Source: Chiloscyllium plagiosum (Eukaryota). From it: a DNA stretch of 64,000 bases. Positions within the stretch are counted from its first letter, which is position 1; each line of letters begins with the position of its first letter. Shown in pieces: positions 1 to 13,096 of this stretch. The stretch covers positions 48,791,859 to 48,855,858 of the forward strand of contig NC_057718.1 of assembly GCF_004010195.1 (NCBI RefSeq). The letters are read 5' to 3'. The notes beneath the pieces were generated by a model that saw nothing but the letters and a program-made list of their open reading frames with translations, made no database searches and was not told where the DNA came from. The translations under genes were made by a program, and so were the position numbers.

Positions 1-868
1 GACATTTAGAAAATTGTGATGTTTTCTTGGCTAAATTTGTAAAATGTTCTCCCAAATCTCCTCATTACAGTCCCTCTATAGCATACACGTATGTCTTTTG
101 GGCTGCTAAAATCATTTAGAAAATATAATTCTTCCCACAGGAATGAAAAATGAGTGGAAAGAAATTATGAAGATTGGTCCCACCATTTCCTGCTGTGGAT
201 ATATTTACAGCAAATTTTTTCATCTGTCAAAATGAAAGTTGCACAAACCCATTTATTTTTGCTCGTTGGATATTTGCCATTAAAGAGATTTTAAATGCAA
301 CTGGATCAAATGATAACAAACTTGTTCTGATTACTGGATAAGTCCAATAAAAAGTTTTATGGCCATTGTTTTGACCTTATTTATTCTTGGTTTTGAAAGT
401 TAGGGCATGTTAGTAACTCCCTCTCTCATCTCGCCAGATTGCCAGAAACTCTAATGGATCTCTGAGTTGCACTCAGACAGACACAAATAAACTACAAGAG
501 AAACTAAATGTAAATCATGGATTTTGTCAGTGCACTGCATTAAAGCAAAATACATTTGGGAACTGTTCATTTTTAAGATATGAAGTTTCAATGAATGTGC
601 ATACTAATAATAATTTGTATTAATTTAGCACTTTAATGGAATAAGTTGCATCACATTACTTCACAGAACTACCATAGAACAAAATTTAATAATAAGCCAA
701 ACAAGTCAGCATTGGGCCAGGTGACCAGAAGTAGGATCATTTATATAGATTTTAAGGACCATTTTAAATGAGGGAAAGAGTGGTAGAGTTGAGATAATTA
801 GGGGAAATTTCCAGAGTTGAATCTTTTGACAATTTCAGGTATGGCCGCTGACAGTGATTTGATTAAAA

Positions 869-1031
869 TTTTTATGAGAAAGTCTTTGATAAGAACTGTT
901 AAGGTTCTGTGGCAGAGGTGAAAACCTGATTAGAGAGATTCAGACAAAGATTTCCAAGAGAGATTTGGGAGATGGCAAGAACCAGTAAGTTTGAAGAAGA
1001 GTGTCAACACCCAAGTACAGAGAATTGTTAA
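869..1031 (+). repeat. 163-bp direct repeat, copy 1 (copy 2 at 1981-2143)
   Basis: tttttatgagaaagtctttg...cagagaattgttaa occurs twice, 1112 bp apart, with a single mismatch (ggcagagGtg vs ggcagagAtg). Confidence 0.95.
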
Positions 1032-1980
1032 GGCCAGATTTGGATTGCACAGATATCTCAGAGGATTGCGAGACTGGAAGAGATTGGAAGGGGCAAGGCT
1101 TTGGAGGTGTTTGAAAACAAGGAAGAGAAGTTTAGAATTGAGGCATTGCTTAACTGGGTGTCAGTGCAGGTCTGCAAGTAAAAATGGAATAGTTGAATAA
1201 GACTTGCTGCAATTTCGGTCACAAACAATAGAGTTTTGGATGATGATGTTTACGGAAAGATCAGATTATGGGAGGCTAGTTAGGATTACATTGAAATTGT
1301 CAAATCCAGTGTAGAGAAAAATTCATGGCTAAGGGTTTCTGCAGCAGATGAACTGGTATGTGACAGGGCTGGGCGATGTAAAGTAGATAGAAATTGGCAC
1401 TTTGAGTGATCTTAGGGATTTAGACTTGGATTTTATGGTTAAGTGTGACACCGAGGTGTCTTTCAAACAGTTGATAGGGAGATGGACAGAGCTGATAGCT
1501 AGGGATGGTTGTTCTAGTGGGGACTAAAAGCAATGGTTTCAGTCTTCCAAATAATTATTTGGAAGGTAATTTTTTCTAGCCAGCATTGGACATCAGAGAA
1601 GTAGTTTGACAACTTAGAGACAATAGAGGGGCTAAATGAAGTGATAGTGAGGTAAAGTTGGATGTTGTCAGTGTATCTGGATTATGTCGCTGAGGCACAG
1701 AGTGTAGATAAGAAATAAGACAATATCAAAGATAGATCCTTATGTCTTTTGAAGTAGCAGTGCAGATTTGGGAAGGAAACACATTACAGGTGACTCACTG
1801 GCTTGACTATGTAGTGAGGTATAGAATATGTGAGAGCAGTCTCACCAGCTAGACAGCAATGGGAGAGGTGTTGGAAGAGAATGGTTTGCTCAACTGTATC
1901 AAAGGCGGTAGACAGATCAAATTAGATGGAGAAAGATATTTTGCCTTTTCACAATCTTTTAGAAAAATGACATTCTACTC

Positions 1981-2143
1981 TTTTTATGAGAAAGTCTTTG
2001 ATAAGAACTGTTAAGGTTCTGTGGCAGAGATGAAAACCTGATTAGAGAGATTCAGACAAAGATTTCCAAGAGAGATTTGGGAGATGGCAAGAACCAGTAA
2101 GTTTGAAGAAGAGTGTCAACACCCAAGTACAGAGAATTGTTAA
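1981..2143 (+). repeat. 163-bp direct repeat, copy 2
   Basis: Near-identical to 869-1031. Confidence 0.95.
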
Positions 2144-3631
2144 CAATATATCTTAACAGGAGAGTCAGCATGGGAAAGTGGCTGGCCAACAATTAAGATG
2201 AAATACAGTTTGGGGGGATAAGTAATGGGTCCCATTGACAATGCAAAAAGACATGAGAGCAGATTAGAGAAATTGAGAAAGTTGAGAAATATGAAGTGGT
2301 AATATTAGGTGCGTTTTTGCTCAGTGAAAAAATATAATGGGATTAACACCAGAAGTATGTGTGATAATGACCTAATATTAATGTCAGACCTTGCATAGCC
2401 TGACTCTAACACCTCCCTGACTAACTAGTGCTCCCATGGATCTCACTGCGATTACTCCACTATATTTTTAAAACATGTCCTCCTGCTTAATGCAGATGTC
2501 ATGTGTTTGCCGTGAGCAGTGAGCCCATGTGGTTTGGGTGCTAGAGTGAGGTGGTACACTGATATATGACAAGATGTATGCACTTTCTATTGAGAGCTGC
2601 TGCACAGGCACAGCCACATGCCTGGTTGTCTGACTGTGCCACTTGCCAATGCAAGGTGAACCAAAGCAGGACACATCAAGGAACACAGGCTGAAGACATG
2701 CCAGTAGGCACTAGGTGAATGCCTGCTGAAAGAATGAGTGAGCAGACCTGGCAGCCTGGTAAAAGACTGTAGAGCACCTATACCCAATGCAACAATATGC
2801 TGCGGGTTGCCTGTGTGCCTTCTGAGACCAATCTGGTTGTGCAGGGCACAGTGCCAGGATTGAAGGATACCAAGATGGTGTGATGCTCCATTGAAAGTGG
2901 GATGCCAATGTTCACGGTGGAAGCGTATGTATGGCTAGTTTTGACAGATCATGCTCTGCTCATCAGTTCATCTCTGGCCAACATGGATCCCCTGGAGCAA
3001 GTGCCATGTTGAACCCACCAAGAACTCACATTGGTTTCCATGTCATGTTTTCCTGAGGGCTGGTCTGTGTGGTGAGGCACTTGTAAGTGCACAAGCCATG
3101 GTGTGTTGGACTGTTAACAAGAACAAGAAATAAAGAGCATCAATTTGGAACTCAGTACTGGTGAAAATGTCACCATGCTGCATAAGCAAAGTGTGGAATT
3201 TGCAGTAAGATGTTCTCCACATCAAGATGACCGTCAGCCTGAATCTCCTATCCATCTTGTCATTTCCACTGTTCACAGCCTGGTAAGATTCTGCTCCAAG
3301 TGTGGGTTTTGATTGTTTCCAGTGCTATCTCTTTTGCACAATATGCCCTCGTGTTTTTACCCGTCTTTTAACCATATCTGCTTCAATCCAAAATTATTCT
3401 GCCTCTTTGATGGGACAGCCTGTCTTTGTGCATGTATACTTTGCTATCCCCTTCCATTTGGTCAGACATGTGTAGTGGGAAAGGACTGGCAGAGGTCTGA
3501 AAGCCATCTTCCACTTCCCGCATGGATGTTGCTATTCCAGGTGAAATCCCTAAACCAGTCACTGACCTCTGTAAACAGATACCATAACATTGCACTAAAT
3601 CTATCGATGACTTTTATCCTTCATTGCTTGA

Positions 3632-4200
3632 GAGATAGAGTTTAAAAACCGGAAGGTTATGCTGCAGCTGTATTGGGTGCTGGTGAGGTCACACCTGAGG
3701 TACTGCATACAGTTTTGGTCTCCTTACTTGAGGAAACATTTACTGGGCCCTCTAGGGGATGCACAGGAGGTTGATGCTAGTGTTGACAGAGTTACCTTAA
3801 TGAGGAGAGATTGAGTAGACTGGGACTACACTCATTGGAATTTAGAAGAATGATGGAGGGACCTTATAAAATGATTATGGGACTAGATAAGATAGAAGCA
3901 GAGAGGTTGTTTCCACTGGTGGGGGAAACTAGAACTAGGAGGCATAGCCTCATAATAAGGGGGAGCAGATTTAGGACTGAGTTGAGGAGGAACTTCCTCT
4001 CCCAAAGGGTTGTGAATCTATGGAATTCCCTGCCCAGTTGAGGCGACCCCATTGAATGTTTTTAAAACAAAGATAGATAGATTCTTGAATGGTAAAGGTT
4101 ATGGTGAGCAGTTGGGTAAGTGGATGAAAAGATCTGCCCTGATCTGGAGCAGACTCGAGGGGCCAAAGGCCGACTCCTGCTTCTATTTCTTACCCTCTTA
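3632..4200 (+). mobile_element. CR1-clade LINE 3' fragment
   Basis: ORF 3811-4041 RLGLHSLEFRR..LFPLVGETRTRRHSL..FRTELRRNFLSQRVVNLWNSLP is the CR1 ORF2 C-terminus; CR1-like 3' UTR follows. Confidence 0.9.
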
Positions 4201-4692
4201 CCTACCTCTCAGTATTGTTCTGTGTCCCAGCAATGAGTACACACATCTTGCTGACTTGATGCCACCCACAGTAGGGGTCTCCGACAGCAACACACTGCCA
4301 GCAGGTGCTGCCTCGCAGTTCACCTGTGGGAGTCAGATGGTCTCCAAGGGTGTCCCAACAAAGGGGTGTCCCTGGGCAGGAAAGAGTGAGAGAGGGTTAG
4401 CATTTTGTGCCCCGATTTGACAACATCCTGGCACCTTCTGAGTTGGCAAACGGAACACAAACAGCGATGGCAATAGTAGGACTGATGGGAGTAGTACCTT
4501 TGTGCCAATCCAGCACAGGTTTCCCAGCCCTCCTTTGTCCCCATAATGATCCCCGATGCCTTACCGAGTATCTGTTTCCTCCCCCGCCCTTTCTACTCCA
4601 TACTCTCTTCCTGAGGCACAGCGACAGGGAGGCTCCCATTCTGCACTGATCCCCAATGGGGCATTCTACTTAGATTGAATTCAACTATGAGT

Positions 4693-4929
4693 ATGTGAAT
4701 AGGAAGCATTTAGAGGGATTTGGGCCAAGCGCTGGCAAATCGGACTAGATGAATTCAGGGTATCTGGTCAGCATGGACGGGTTGAACCACAGGGTCTGTT
4801 TCAATGCTGTACATCTCTATGACTCTAAATGGGATTAGATGAATTCAGGGTATCTAGTTGGCATGGACGAGTTGGACCAAAGGGTCTGTTTCCATGCTGT
4901 ATATCTCTGTGACTCTATGACTTTATGAC
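4693..4929 (+). mobile_element. Two tandem HER1/CR1 3' tails
   Basis: gggtctgttt(c)..atgctgta.atctct.tgactct tail occurs twice (ending about 4825 and 4929). Confidence 0.85.
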
Positions 4930-4999
4930 ACTTGTCCTAAATGTATTCCCAGAAGTTTCAAACCAGCACTGGTCAAGCTTTGAAAGTTGGACCCAAATA

Positions 5000-5327
5000 G
5001 CATCGCCACAGTGTGGCCATCAAGTTCACACTGCCCCTCCAAAGAGCATCCCACCCAGATCTATCCCCCCCCCACCCTATCCCTGTAACCATACACTTCC
5101 CTTGGCTAGTCTGCCCAGCCTGCACATCCCTGGACAGTTTCGACAATTTAGCACTGTCAATCCACCTAACCTGCACATCTTTGGACTGTAGGAGGAAACC
5201 AAATTAAACCCATGCAGAATGGCAGAACATGCAAACTCCACACAGACAGTCACCTGAGGTTGGAATCAAACCTGGGTCTCTAGTGCTGTGATGCAGCTGT
5301 GCTAACCACTGAGCCACTATGCTCCCC
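5000..5327 (-). mobile_element. HE1-like tRNA-derived V-SINE
   Basis: Reverse complement has the head gtggctcagtggttagcac and the core tgtctgtgtggagtttgca...cagtccaaagatgtgcaggttagg. Confidence 0.9.
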
Positions 5328-6474
5328 ATAGTTCAACCTAGTTAGGAAGAACATTCCTGAGGGATGTTCTAACTATACTGGCTAGCTGTGGGTTTCTAAC
5401 TTTTCCTCTAAATCCCACTGAGATTGTTTGCTGCCAATGTCCTCAAGTAGAAAACATTTTCCGAAAGTGTGGAGTATGTTAAACATCAAAATATAACTGT
5501 TAGGTGTGACATTCATGATTAGTAAAATTAATGTAACAAACCGGTCCATGTAGACTTAAGAATGACCATAAGTATCCTCTGTAGTATTTTCTTCCAATAT
5601 GTTTACCACCAGGGGAATCCTTTACCAAACCCTTTGATACTACTACTGACATTAAGCCATGTTTACTTTTCATGAGTAATACAACTCATAAAAGGTCAAT
5701 TCTTATCATTTAAAATGTGTAAATTCCCTATCTAATGCATAAAGCTTTTTAACATTAATTTTAGTTTTCTTTTCCAAATAATGCATAACAGGGATGGTTA
5801 ATTTATCACAAGGTCGCCTTGATTTATATCACATCTAAATCTCTATTTATGTGATACTAACATTACAAAGAGAAATGCCAAATGTCCTTCCAGAATTCTA
5901 ATAGGGAAATGGATCCTGTTTAAATGGAATTATAGATTACTGGAGGCTGTATTTTAAGCGGTGCTACTCCAGAGTTGAATTGAATGACAGTACAATGGCC
6001 TCTAGTGGACTGTTGGTAATTGACAGATATAGTTCAATCACTTCCTCAGCTGCTGGTTTCCAGCTACAGCTGGCTTTGACATTAGTGAAGGCCCTGACTG
6101 ACAGAGGCCTCTAGTTTGGGCTGAGCTCATGAGGCCCAGTTAATACATTCAGCCCCTTTTCGGCTGTTGATTTACAGTCCCTGATGGCCAGTTGTCGATT
6201 GTGTCCCTCCTCAGTTCACTCATGGGGGAATCTGCATTCAAGTACATAGTTAATGAATCTCTGAGTCCTGAGAAAGCAGAAAAAGCAGCAGGGCTGTTCA
6301 CCTGTTACCTTGCTGTAATCATAGCAAAAGGCAAGAAGAAAGTTAAAAATGCAATCCTTCACTCTTTTGTTGAATTGGATGAAATTCATTCATAACAGAT
6401 TTTCAATATTAGCAGTGAGGTAGGTATGGGAATAGCTGCTGAAGCAGTGTCTAAGGAATTAGATGTGTCTCTGC

Positions 6475-6491
6475 ATACACACACACACACA
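6475..6491. repeat. (CA)n microsatellite
   Basis: Direct dinucleotide run. Confidence 0.7.
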
Positions 6492-7769
6492 TGCAGGCTT
6501 TAAAGGATTGGGATAGATCTGTTAACAAAACAGCCTTGTTACCAACTGAATGCAGACAATGATCACCACTTCCTCGGCTTTCCAGTTCATTGATGATTAT
6601 GTGAGTAAAAACAACGAGCTAAACGGAGACCTTCAGGGCACAAGGGACCAATTAAGGCCACATGACTTCCTTAAAGGGTTCCATGAAAATAACTGTATCA
6701 CAATGGTCTGTGATATTAATACCAGCTTTGGGAAACTTAGGCAGTAGTTCCATAGGGAGGGAAGACGAATGAGCAAATATTGAGGAATGTAACTAACATA
6801 GCGGACCATGAGAATGGATTGTAGCTCCATCTGAACCCTCATAAGATGGATGTTGCCAAGAACTGTAAATGGTTTTCCTTTCTGACCTGACTGAATAGTT
6901 AGTGGTGCTCCAAGTCAGCATTCACGGGGAAAAGTTAAAGATCATTTAATTTATCTCTCGACATTTTCTGCTTCGGCACAGTGGAAGCACTAAGGTTTAA
7001 AATGGATGAAGTGGAGAAAAGCACATTTCCTTTAGAAAACACATTACATTTCCTTCCATGTGTTGCTCTGATGTCAAAATGAAAACAGCAAATATTTATT
7101 GTCATATTTCTCATACTGCATTCCCTGCATCATTCTTGTTGATGCCAGTTCAGCTTGTTTTCACTTTGTGCTATCACCTTTCTGTATTTTTCACAGCTAA
7201 ACTGTCCACCTAATATAAATTATGTATTTTCCTTAATAATTAAAGGTGTTTCTACATCCAATTAATCTTCCAGTGTATTTTTTCTTAAGTATTTATAGAA
7301 TGAATTACAAAGATTATAGGTTGTTTTAATAAGCCAAAAGAAAATTGTTTTACTGTATTATAAATAAATTTGTTATCATTTCAATAGTAAAATGATAATA
7401 GAGCAGGCTGGTGGTCTCATGCACTGTTGCTTTAATATACTATGATACAGTAGCTAGGATATAGTTTTGATAGACACATTGAGACGAGATGGTACTTCAG
7501 GTTATAAAGTTCTAAATCTTTTTCTCTCTTTAAGAATTTTGGATTTGCTCATATTATTGCCACACTTTGGGTAATGTCAAAGATACACCAGTTAAAGTGT
7601 TTGATATTGAATAGCGCAGGGTGTGGGGAAGTGTCAATCTGCCATTGGTTTATCTTGTTAGTTCCTCATCAAGTATGAAATGGTTGGGCAAGCATTTCAG
7701 GCTTGTGTAATGCCAATGAATTTAGCAATGGTTCTGCAAGAGGAGCTAAAACAATATCAACAATGACTC

Positions 7770-8130
7770 CTATTTATATAGAGTCTTTCGCAAAGAAAAA
7801 CATCCTGAAGTGTTTTAAGGATGCACGAAAAAAACCAGGTCAAACAGTTAGGAGAAGGAGGCAAAAGCTTGCTCAAAATGGCGAGCTTTAAGATAGTCTT
7901 AATGAAGGTTTTAGGTTAAAGGGAGAAGGGGACAGAGATGAGAATTTTGTATCTGAATGCAGACAAGAAAGCATAGGCAGCTGAAACTGGAGGAAGGGAG
8001 AGTTACAGCCAGGGGATAGTGGTTGTAGGATTGTAGGATACAATATGATAGGGATGGAAAAGGACTTGTAAGGACTAAACAAAACAAAAGATATTTTTTA
8101 TTTGAGGCACTGGAAGGCTCTCTTGACTAT
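7770..8130 (-). mobile_element. L2 LINE 3' fragment
   Basis: tttatatagagtcttt...aaacatcctgaagtg...caaaagcttgctcaaa...ctttaagatagtctt resembles the L2 3' end in reverse. Confidence 0.6.
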
Positions 8131-8402
8131 CTTTAAATGGCTATCCCATCAAAAATGAGCTGGGTTTTCAAAATCCAGTCAACTACTCATTGACTGGGAA
8201 TTTGCTGCAACAGTGCTCTGGGTGACAGTCTCCCTGTGTAAGGCAGTTATTCATTCTGGTGACTTATCCGAAGCCATAGTGATGTTGATCTATGAAGCAC
8301 TGAGGCAACACCACCACTCAGAATAGGGCAGCCAGCCAGATTCATCTGACCATTATCCGTTTGTTCAGAGCTCAAAGGCAAAAAGGACACAAGGACAAGT
8401 GG

Positions 8403-8575
8403 AACAAAATCAGAGAGTGTGGAGAAACACAGCAGGTCTGGCAGCATTTGTAGAGAGAAATCAGAGTTAAGTTTTGAATTCAGTGTCCTTCATTTGAACA
8501 GCTGCTGCCAGACCTGCTCTGTTCGTCCACCAATTTCTGTATTTTTCAGATTTCCAATATCCACAGTTCTTTGTG
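8403..8575. mobile_element. Penelope-like terminal fragment, fold-back arrangement
   Basis: cagcaggtctggcagca followed by its reverse complement gctgccagacctgct, then ttcagatttccaatatccacag. Confidence 0.7.
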
Positions 8576-9134
8576 TGTGTAACAAGACAAGCACATTAAA
8601 TTGTCAAAAAGAAGAGCTTAATTGATAACAATTGTGTTCTTGGATTACTCATTGAAATGTTTTTAAGGATAGTAACAAGTACACTTGTTCCATGTATTTG
8701 AATTTGTGAAGTAAGATGTAACAAATTCATCTAATATATAAAAATTACCTTCAACGTTTCAATTACAAAAGAAGTCTCTAACTGTGAGAAACAATGAAAC
8801 AGAACACAACACAATCAGAGAAACTTAGCCTTTTATACTTTCTGCACTTTTAAAAAGATGGTTACACTTGACCAATGTCCTTAAAAAAATTGATTCCATT
8901 CTTGGAATCATAAAGTTTATAATTCAGTCAGACAACGTTAATCACAAATCCACTTTGCTCCCATGAAGAAATTATAAAATGTTTCTCCATTCTCATTCTA
9001 TCTCCCTTATTAATTCAGCATTCAGCCAAATCTATGTGACTAATATTTCATTATGCGACCCAAAGGCTCATCTCATGCCAAGTTGCTGAAATAAAATGTG
9101 TTTCAAAATATCATGACTTAATGGCAAAGATTTG

Positions 9135-9620
9135 GGGATGCAGGTGTTGGACTGGGGTGCACAAAGTTAAAAATCACACAACACCAGATTATAGTCCAAC
9201 AGGTTTAATTGGAAGCACTAGCTTTCAGAGCGACGCTTCTTCATCAGGTAGTTGTGGAGGGCACAATTGTCAGACACAGAATTTATAACACAAGCTTACA
9301 GTGTGATGTAACTGAAATTCTACATTGAATAATACCTTAATTGTTTGTTGAGGTTTTCATCTGTTAGGATACTATGATAGTTTCACTTCTTTCATGTGTA
9401 AATCACAAAACCATTTTTTTTAAAAGTTGCATTCCCCAGTTAACTGTAACAATGGATGTTACTGGACAATGTGTTGAAGGTGTTAGCCCCCTGTGTTCTC
9501 TGTCGTTGCCATAATGCTTAGACTGATTGTAAACTAAAAAGTGAGTTTTACATTAATTCATGCAGTTTTTGAGCAAAGTACAATGTAATTCTGCAAGTCA
9601 AAATTCACCCCACAAACATA
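9135..9620 (-). mobile_element. Penelope-like element terminal repeat with hammerhead core
   Basis: ggtgttggactggggtgcacaaagttaaaaatcacacaacacc terminus; the minus strand reads CTGATGAagaagcgtcgctctGAAAgctagtgc at 9215-9247. Confidence 0.75.
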
Positions 9621-9690
9621 TGTGTGTATGTATGTGTGTGCATGTGGGTCTTTGTGTGTGTGTGTGTCTGCCTGCCTGTCTGCCTGTGTG
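9621..9690. repeat. Imperfect (TG)n/(TCTG)n microsatellite
   Basis: Direct. Confidence 0.8.
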
Positions 9691-10914
9691 TCTGGCAAAG
9701 AAGTAGACAGTGCCCTCCATTGGGGGAAGCGTATGAGTAATGAACTGATTACAATAGACAGCCATTACTTTAGAAATTACTTAATTAATAGATCTGCACC
9801 AATAGAGGGACTAAAGGGTTAACATTCGTTCCTTTAAGTGTCCTGCTTGAAACAAACACAGATAGTTTAGGACCAAATTATTTGTATTGCTACATAAATG
9901 TTAAAAGTTAAAAGCCACCCAGGCATGAAGGTTTTTTTAAGCACGGACGTGCTATTGTCCGCTTATGAAGTTTATTTTATGGTGCCTTTAAATTTTATTT
10001 TTATACTGACAGTTTTGATTAATTCTAAAAATATTTTCACTATTGTTCTTTTGTTCCAAAAAGAGAATCATATAAATATGGCTAGAGCTCCTGTGGCTAT
10101 TTCCTGTGTTAGAAGCAAAAAAGTGGATAGAGGCCACTCGTCCCATCTGTGCCAGCTCTCTGAAAGAACTATTCACAATGTAGGTTTTAATTCTTCTTTT
10201 TGAAACTTCATCAGTAACAGCGTTCATTCCTGCAGACCATTATCCCAGATTGTCTCACACCTTTTGGGGGAGCAGAGCTGGCTTATAAAGTGAACATCTG
10301 TGTAGAGCATGGAAAATCTGTTTGAGAGGGCCAAATCCAGAACAATGGGCTTTGTCTGAAATGTCCCGTGTGGTAACATCCAAATCTCAGAATGAACACC
10401 AAAGGGAGGCACTATTGTTGAGAAAGAGAAGGAAAACAGAGACAGAATTAGTTCTTGATAGCATTGCAAACCTACCAGCATTTTGGCAATGGTGAGTGGT
10501 GAGAATTCGGAGAGCATGGTGGGTGGGGGGGGAGGGGGTGTTGGATGGTGCAGGCAGAAGAGAAAGCTAAACATACAACCTAAATTGATGTACAATGAGG
10601 AGAGTCTAGTGGCAAAGGAAACGTTAAGGACTTGCTTCATACATCTGTAATCTGCAGATTGGAAGATCTAACTAATGTTCCACAAAGAGATTGAAACATG
10701 CCATGGCATAAAATTTTGAGAGCCAATGGGTATAAAATGCTCACTAGTCTAGAAGACACCATGTCCAGTTGGTGTAAGTTGACAGACTTCTCTGACTATC
10801 TGCATCAAGAAGTACAATTTCCTTCCTCAGAAGGGGCCTGTACCACCTTGTGTGCTGAGAATGAACTCCTGTCTGGGTTTCCCTCACTTACACCCTCATT
10901 TGCTCCTCATCGCT

Positions 10915-11825
10915 TAATTGGGTTACCACTTTCTCTGAGATTATGCCTTTGGTCCTAAACTCTCCCACAAGTGGAAATGACACTCCCACATCTACCCTCT
11001 CAAGTCCCCTAAGACATTATATGATTCAATGAGAAGTCTCCTCCCATTCTTCTAAACTCCAGTGAATACAAGCCCAACCTACTCAACTTCTCCTGATAAG
11101 AAAATCCCTCCATATCTGGAATCTACCGAATGAACCTTCTTTCGACAGCTCCCATTATGAGTACATATTTCCTTAGACAGTGGGACCAAAACTATTCATT
11201 GTATTGCAGGTGTGGTCTGAACAGTGGCTTGCATAGTTTTAACAAGGCCTTCCTATTTTCATATTTCACACCCATTTAAATTAGATTGCAGTGATCCAAG
11301 TGCATATATTCCTAAAGGTAAGGTCTGAGGGACGGTTTACTCAGTTGGTTGGATAGATGGTATACTGATGGAGATTGCTATCAACAGTTTGGGTTCAATT
11401 GCTGCACTGGCTGAAGTTACCACAAAGGATTCCATTTTTCAGTCTCTTCCCTCACCTGGGGTGTGGTAAAGCTCAGCTTAAACCATCAGCAGTTGTCACT
11501 CACTAATAAGAAAACCGTCTTATTGTCTGGTATGACAATGGTAACTTTACCCTTTTTCTTCCAAATCTTTCATTGCTGTAACTTTCTGCAGTTGTCCTCC
11601 TCTTCAGTAATATTCAGCTCTTCTATTCTTCCTGCCAAAGTGCATAACCTCATATTTCCCCACTTTATATTCAATCTGCCACGTTTTTGCACACTCACCA
11701 TGTCCCTTGGTAGACTTAATGTGTCATCCTTACCAATTGCTTGCTCCCCTATCTTTCTGTGATTTGAAAATTTGGTGGTTGGACAGTCACTTCCAATATC
11801 CAAGTCACTACTATATATTGTAAAT
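10915..11825 (-). mobile_element. Old CR1 LINE fragment interrupted by a SINE
   Basis: cttctaaactccagtgaatacaagcccaac...gaccaaaact...aggtgtggtct; the distal part encodes RT-like RKIGEQAIGKDDTLSLPRDM. Confidence 0.75.
11329..11552 (+). mobile_element. tRNA-derived SINE (second family; related copy at 18645-19672)
   Basis: A-box-like ggtttactcagttgg, B-box gggttcaattgc; body ctggctgaagtta...ctcagcttaaaccatca and tail actttac shared with 19444-19672. Confidence 0.75.
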
Positions 11826-12557
11826 TAGGTTTTTTTGGATTGTTCAGGATTGGATGTGTATCTACAATTTGGAGTTGAAATGCAGTGAGGTCAACTATGA
11901 TGTTATGTCATGAAACTGCACCTTTGGGCTTTCAATTTACCCCACAATTCCCTTGGACACTTAAACTGTAGTTAGGAACTGATGAGCTAATGTTGTGGCA
12001 CAAACCTCCCCCAGAGGAAATATTAACCCTTTATCCACATCATTCTCATGCAGCAGCCTGGATTAAAATAAACTTTTGGCTCGCATCATTAGAATGATAT
12101 CAACATCCAGTTTGGCTAAATGGTTCATTATAAGACAAGAATTTCCATGTGATGTTGGGTGACTTTTATACTATTAGACCTATGAATAAAGATTGGCATC
12201 TACCAGTGGTCAGAAGAAGTATTTACACAAAAGTATCATGAGCCAACTCGTTTGTAATGCTTGTTGTTGTGGTGATTGGCAGAAATTCCATGTGAAACAG
12301 GTGGGAGCTGCTGGAGGAAACTGGAGAGCAGCTTTTAAAGAGTAGGTTTGACTTACAGCAGCAGACTGGGGGACAACCCGATAAAGAAAGTTCAATACCT
12401 GTATTATTTACTCAACTTGCAAATAACTTCACTGTATGTCTGATCAACCTTTGATGTTACTTTTCAAGAACACCATACTCTTTTATCCAGACGGTCAAGC
12501 AAGAATGCAGGATATGGCATCCAGCTACAATAGAGTGCAGAGATGTTCTGACACAGA

Positions 12558-13096
12558 TCACAGTTCTGGTCTCCCTGCTATAGGAAAGATGTTGTGAGAC
12601 TTGAAAGGGTTCAGAAAAGATTTACAAGGATGTTACCAGGGTTGGAGGGTTTGAGCTATAGGGAGAGGCTGAATAGGCTGGGGCTGTTTTCCCTGGAACA
12701 TTGGAGGCTGAGGGGTGACCTTACACAGGTTTATAAAATCATGAGAGGCATGGATAGGATGAATAACCAAGATCTTTTTCCTCAGGATAGGGGAGTCCAA
12801 AACTAGAAGTCATAGTTTTAAGCTGAGAGTGGAAAGATTTAAAAGGGACCTAAGGGCAACCTTTTCATGCAGAGGATGGTGCGTGAATGGAAGGAGCTGC
12901 CCGAGGAAGTGATAGAGGCTGGTAGAGTTGAAAAATTTAAAAGGCATCTGGATGGGTACGTGAATAGGAAGAGTTTAGAGGGATATGGGCCAAATGCAGC
13001 AAATGGGACTAGATTAATTTAGGATGTCTGGTTGGTAATGAGGAGTTGGACTGAAAGATCTGTTTCTGTGCTGTACATCTCTGTGACTCTATGACT
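12558..13096 (+). mobile_element. HER1/CR1 LINE 3' fragment
   Basis: ORF LERVQKRFTRMLPGLEGLSYRERLNRLGLFSLE..RLRGDL; (ctatga) tail. Confidence 0.95.

Larger units (their letters stand above)
605..2143 (-). mobile_element. Old L2-clade LINE, 3' portion (degenerate)
   Basis: Resembles the reverse complement of the L2 3' region as I recall it from sharks (ttgtattaatttagcactttaat...gaccagaag...ttttaaggaccattttaaatgaggg...atttccagag); purine-rich + strand; no intact ORF. Confidence 0.6.

Noticed and set aside
10224..10640. 138-aa ORF with a polyproline run
   Set aside because: The run comes from a G-tract on the + strand; no recognisable domain
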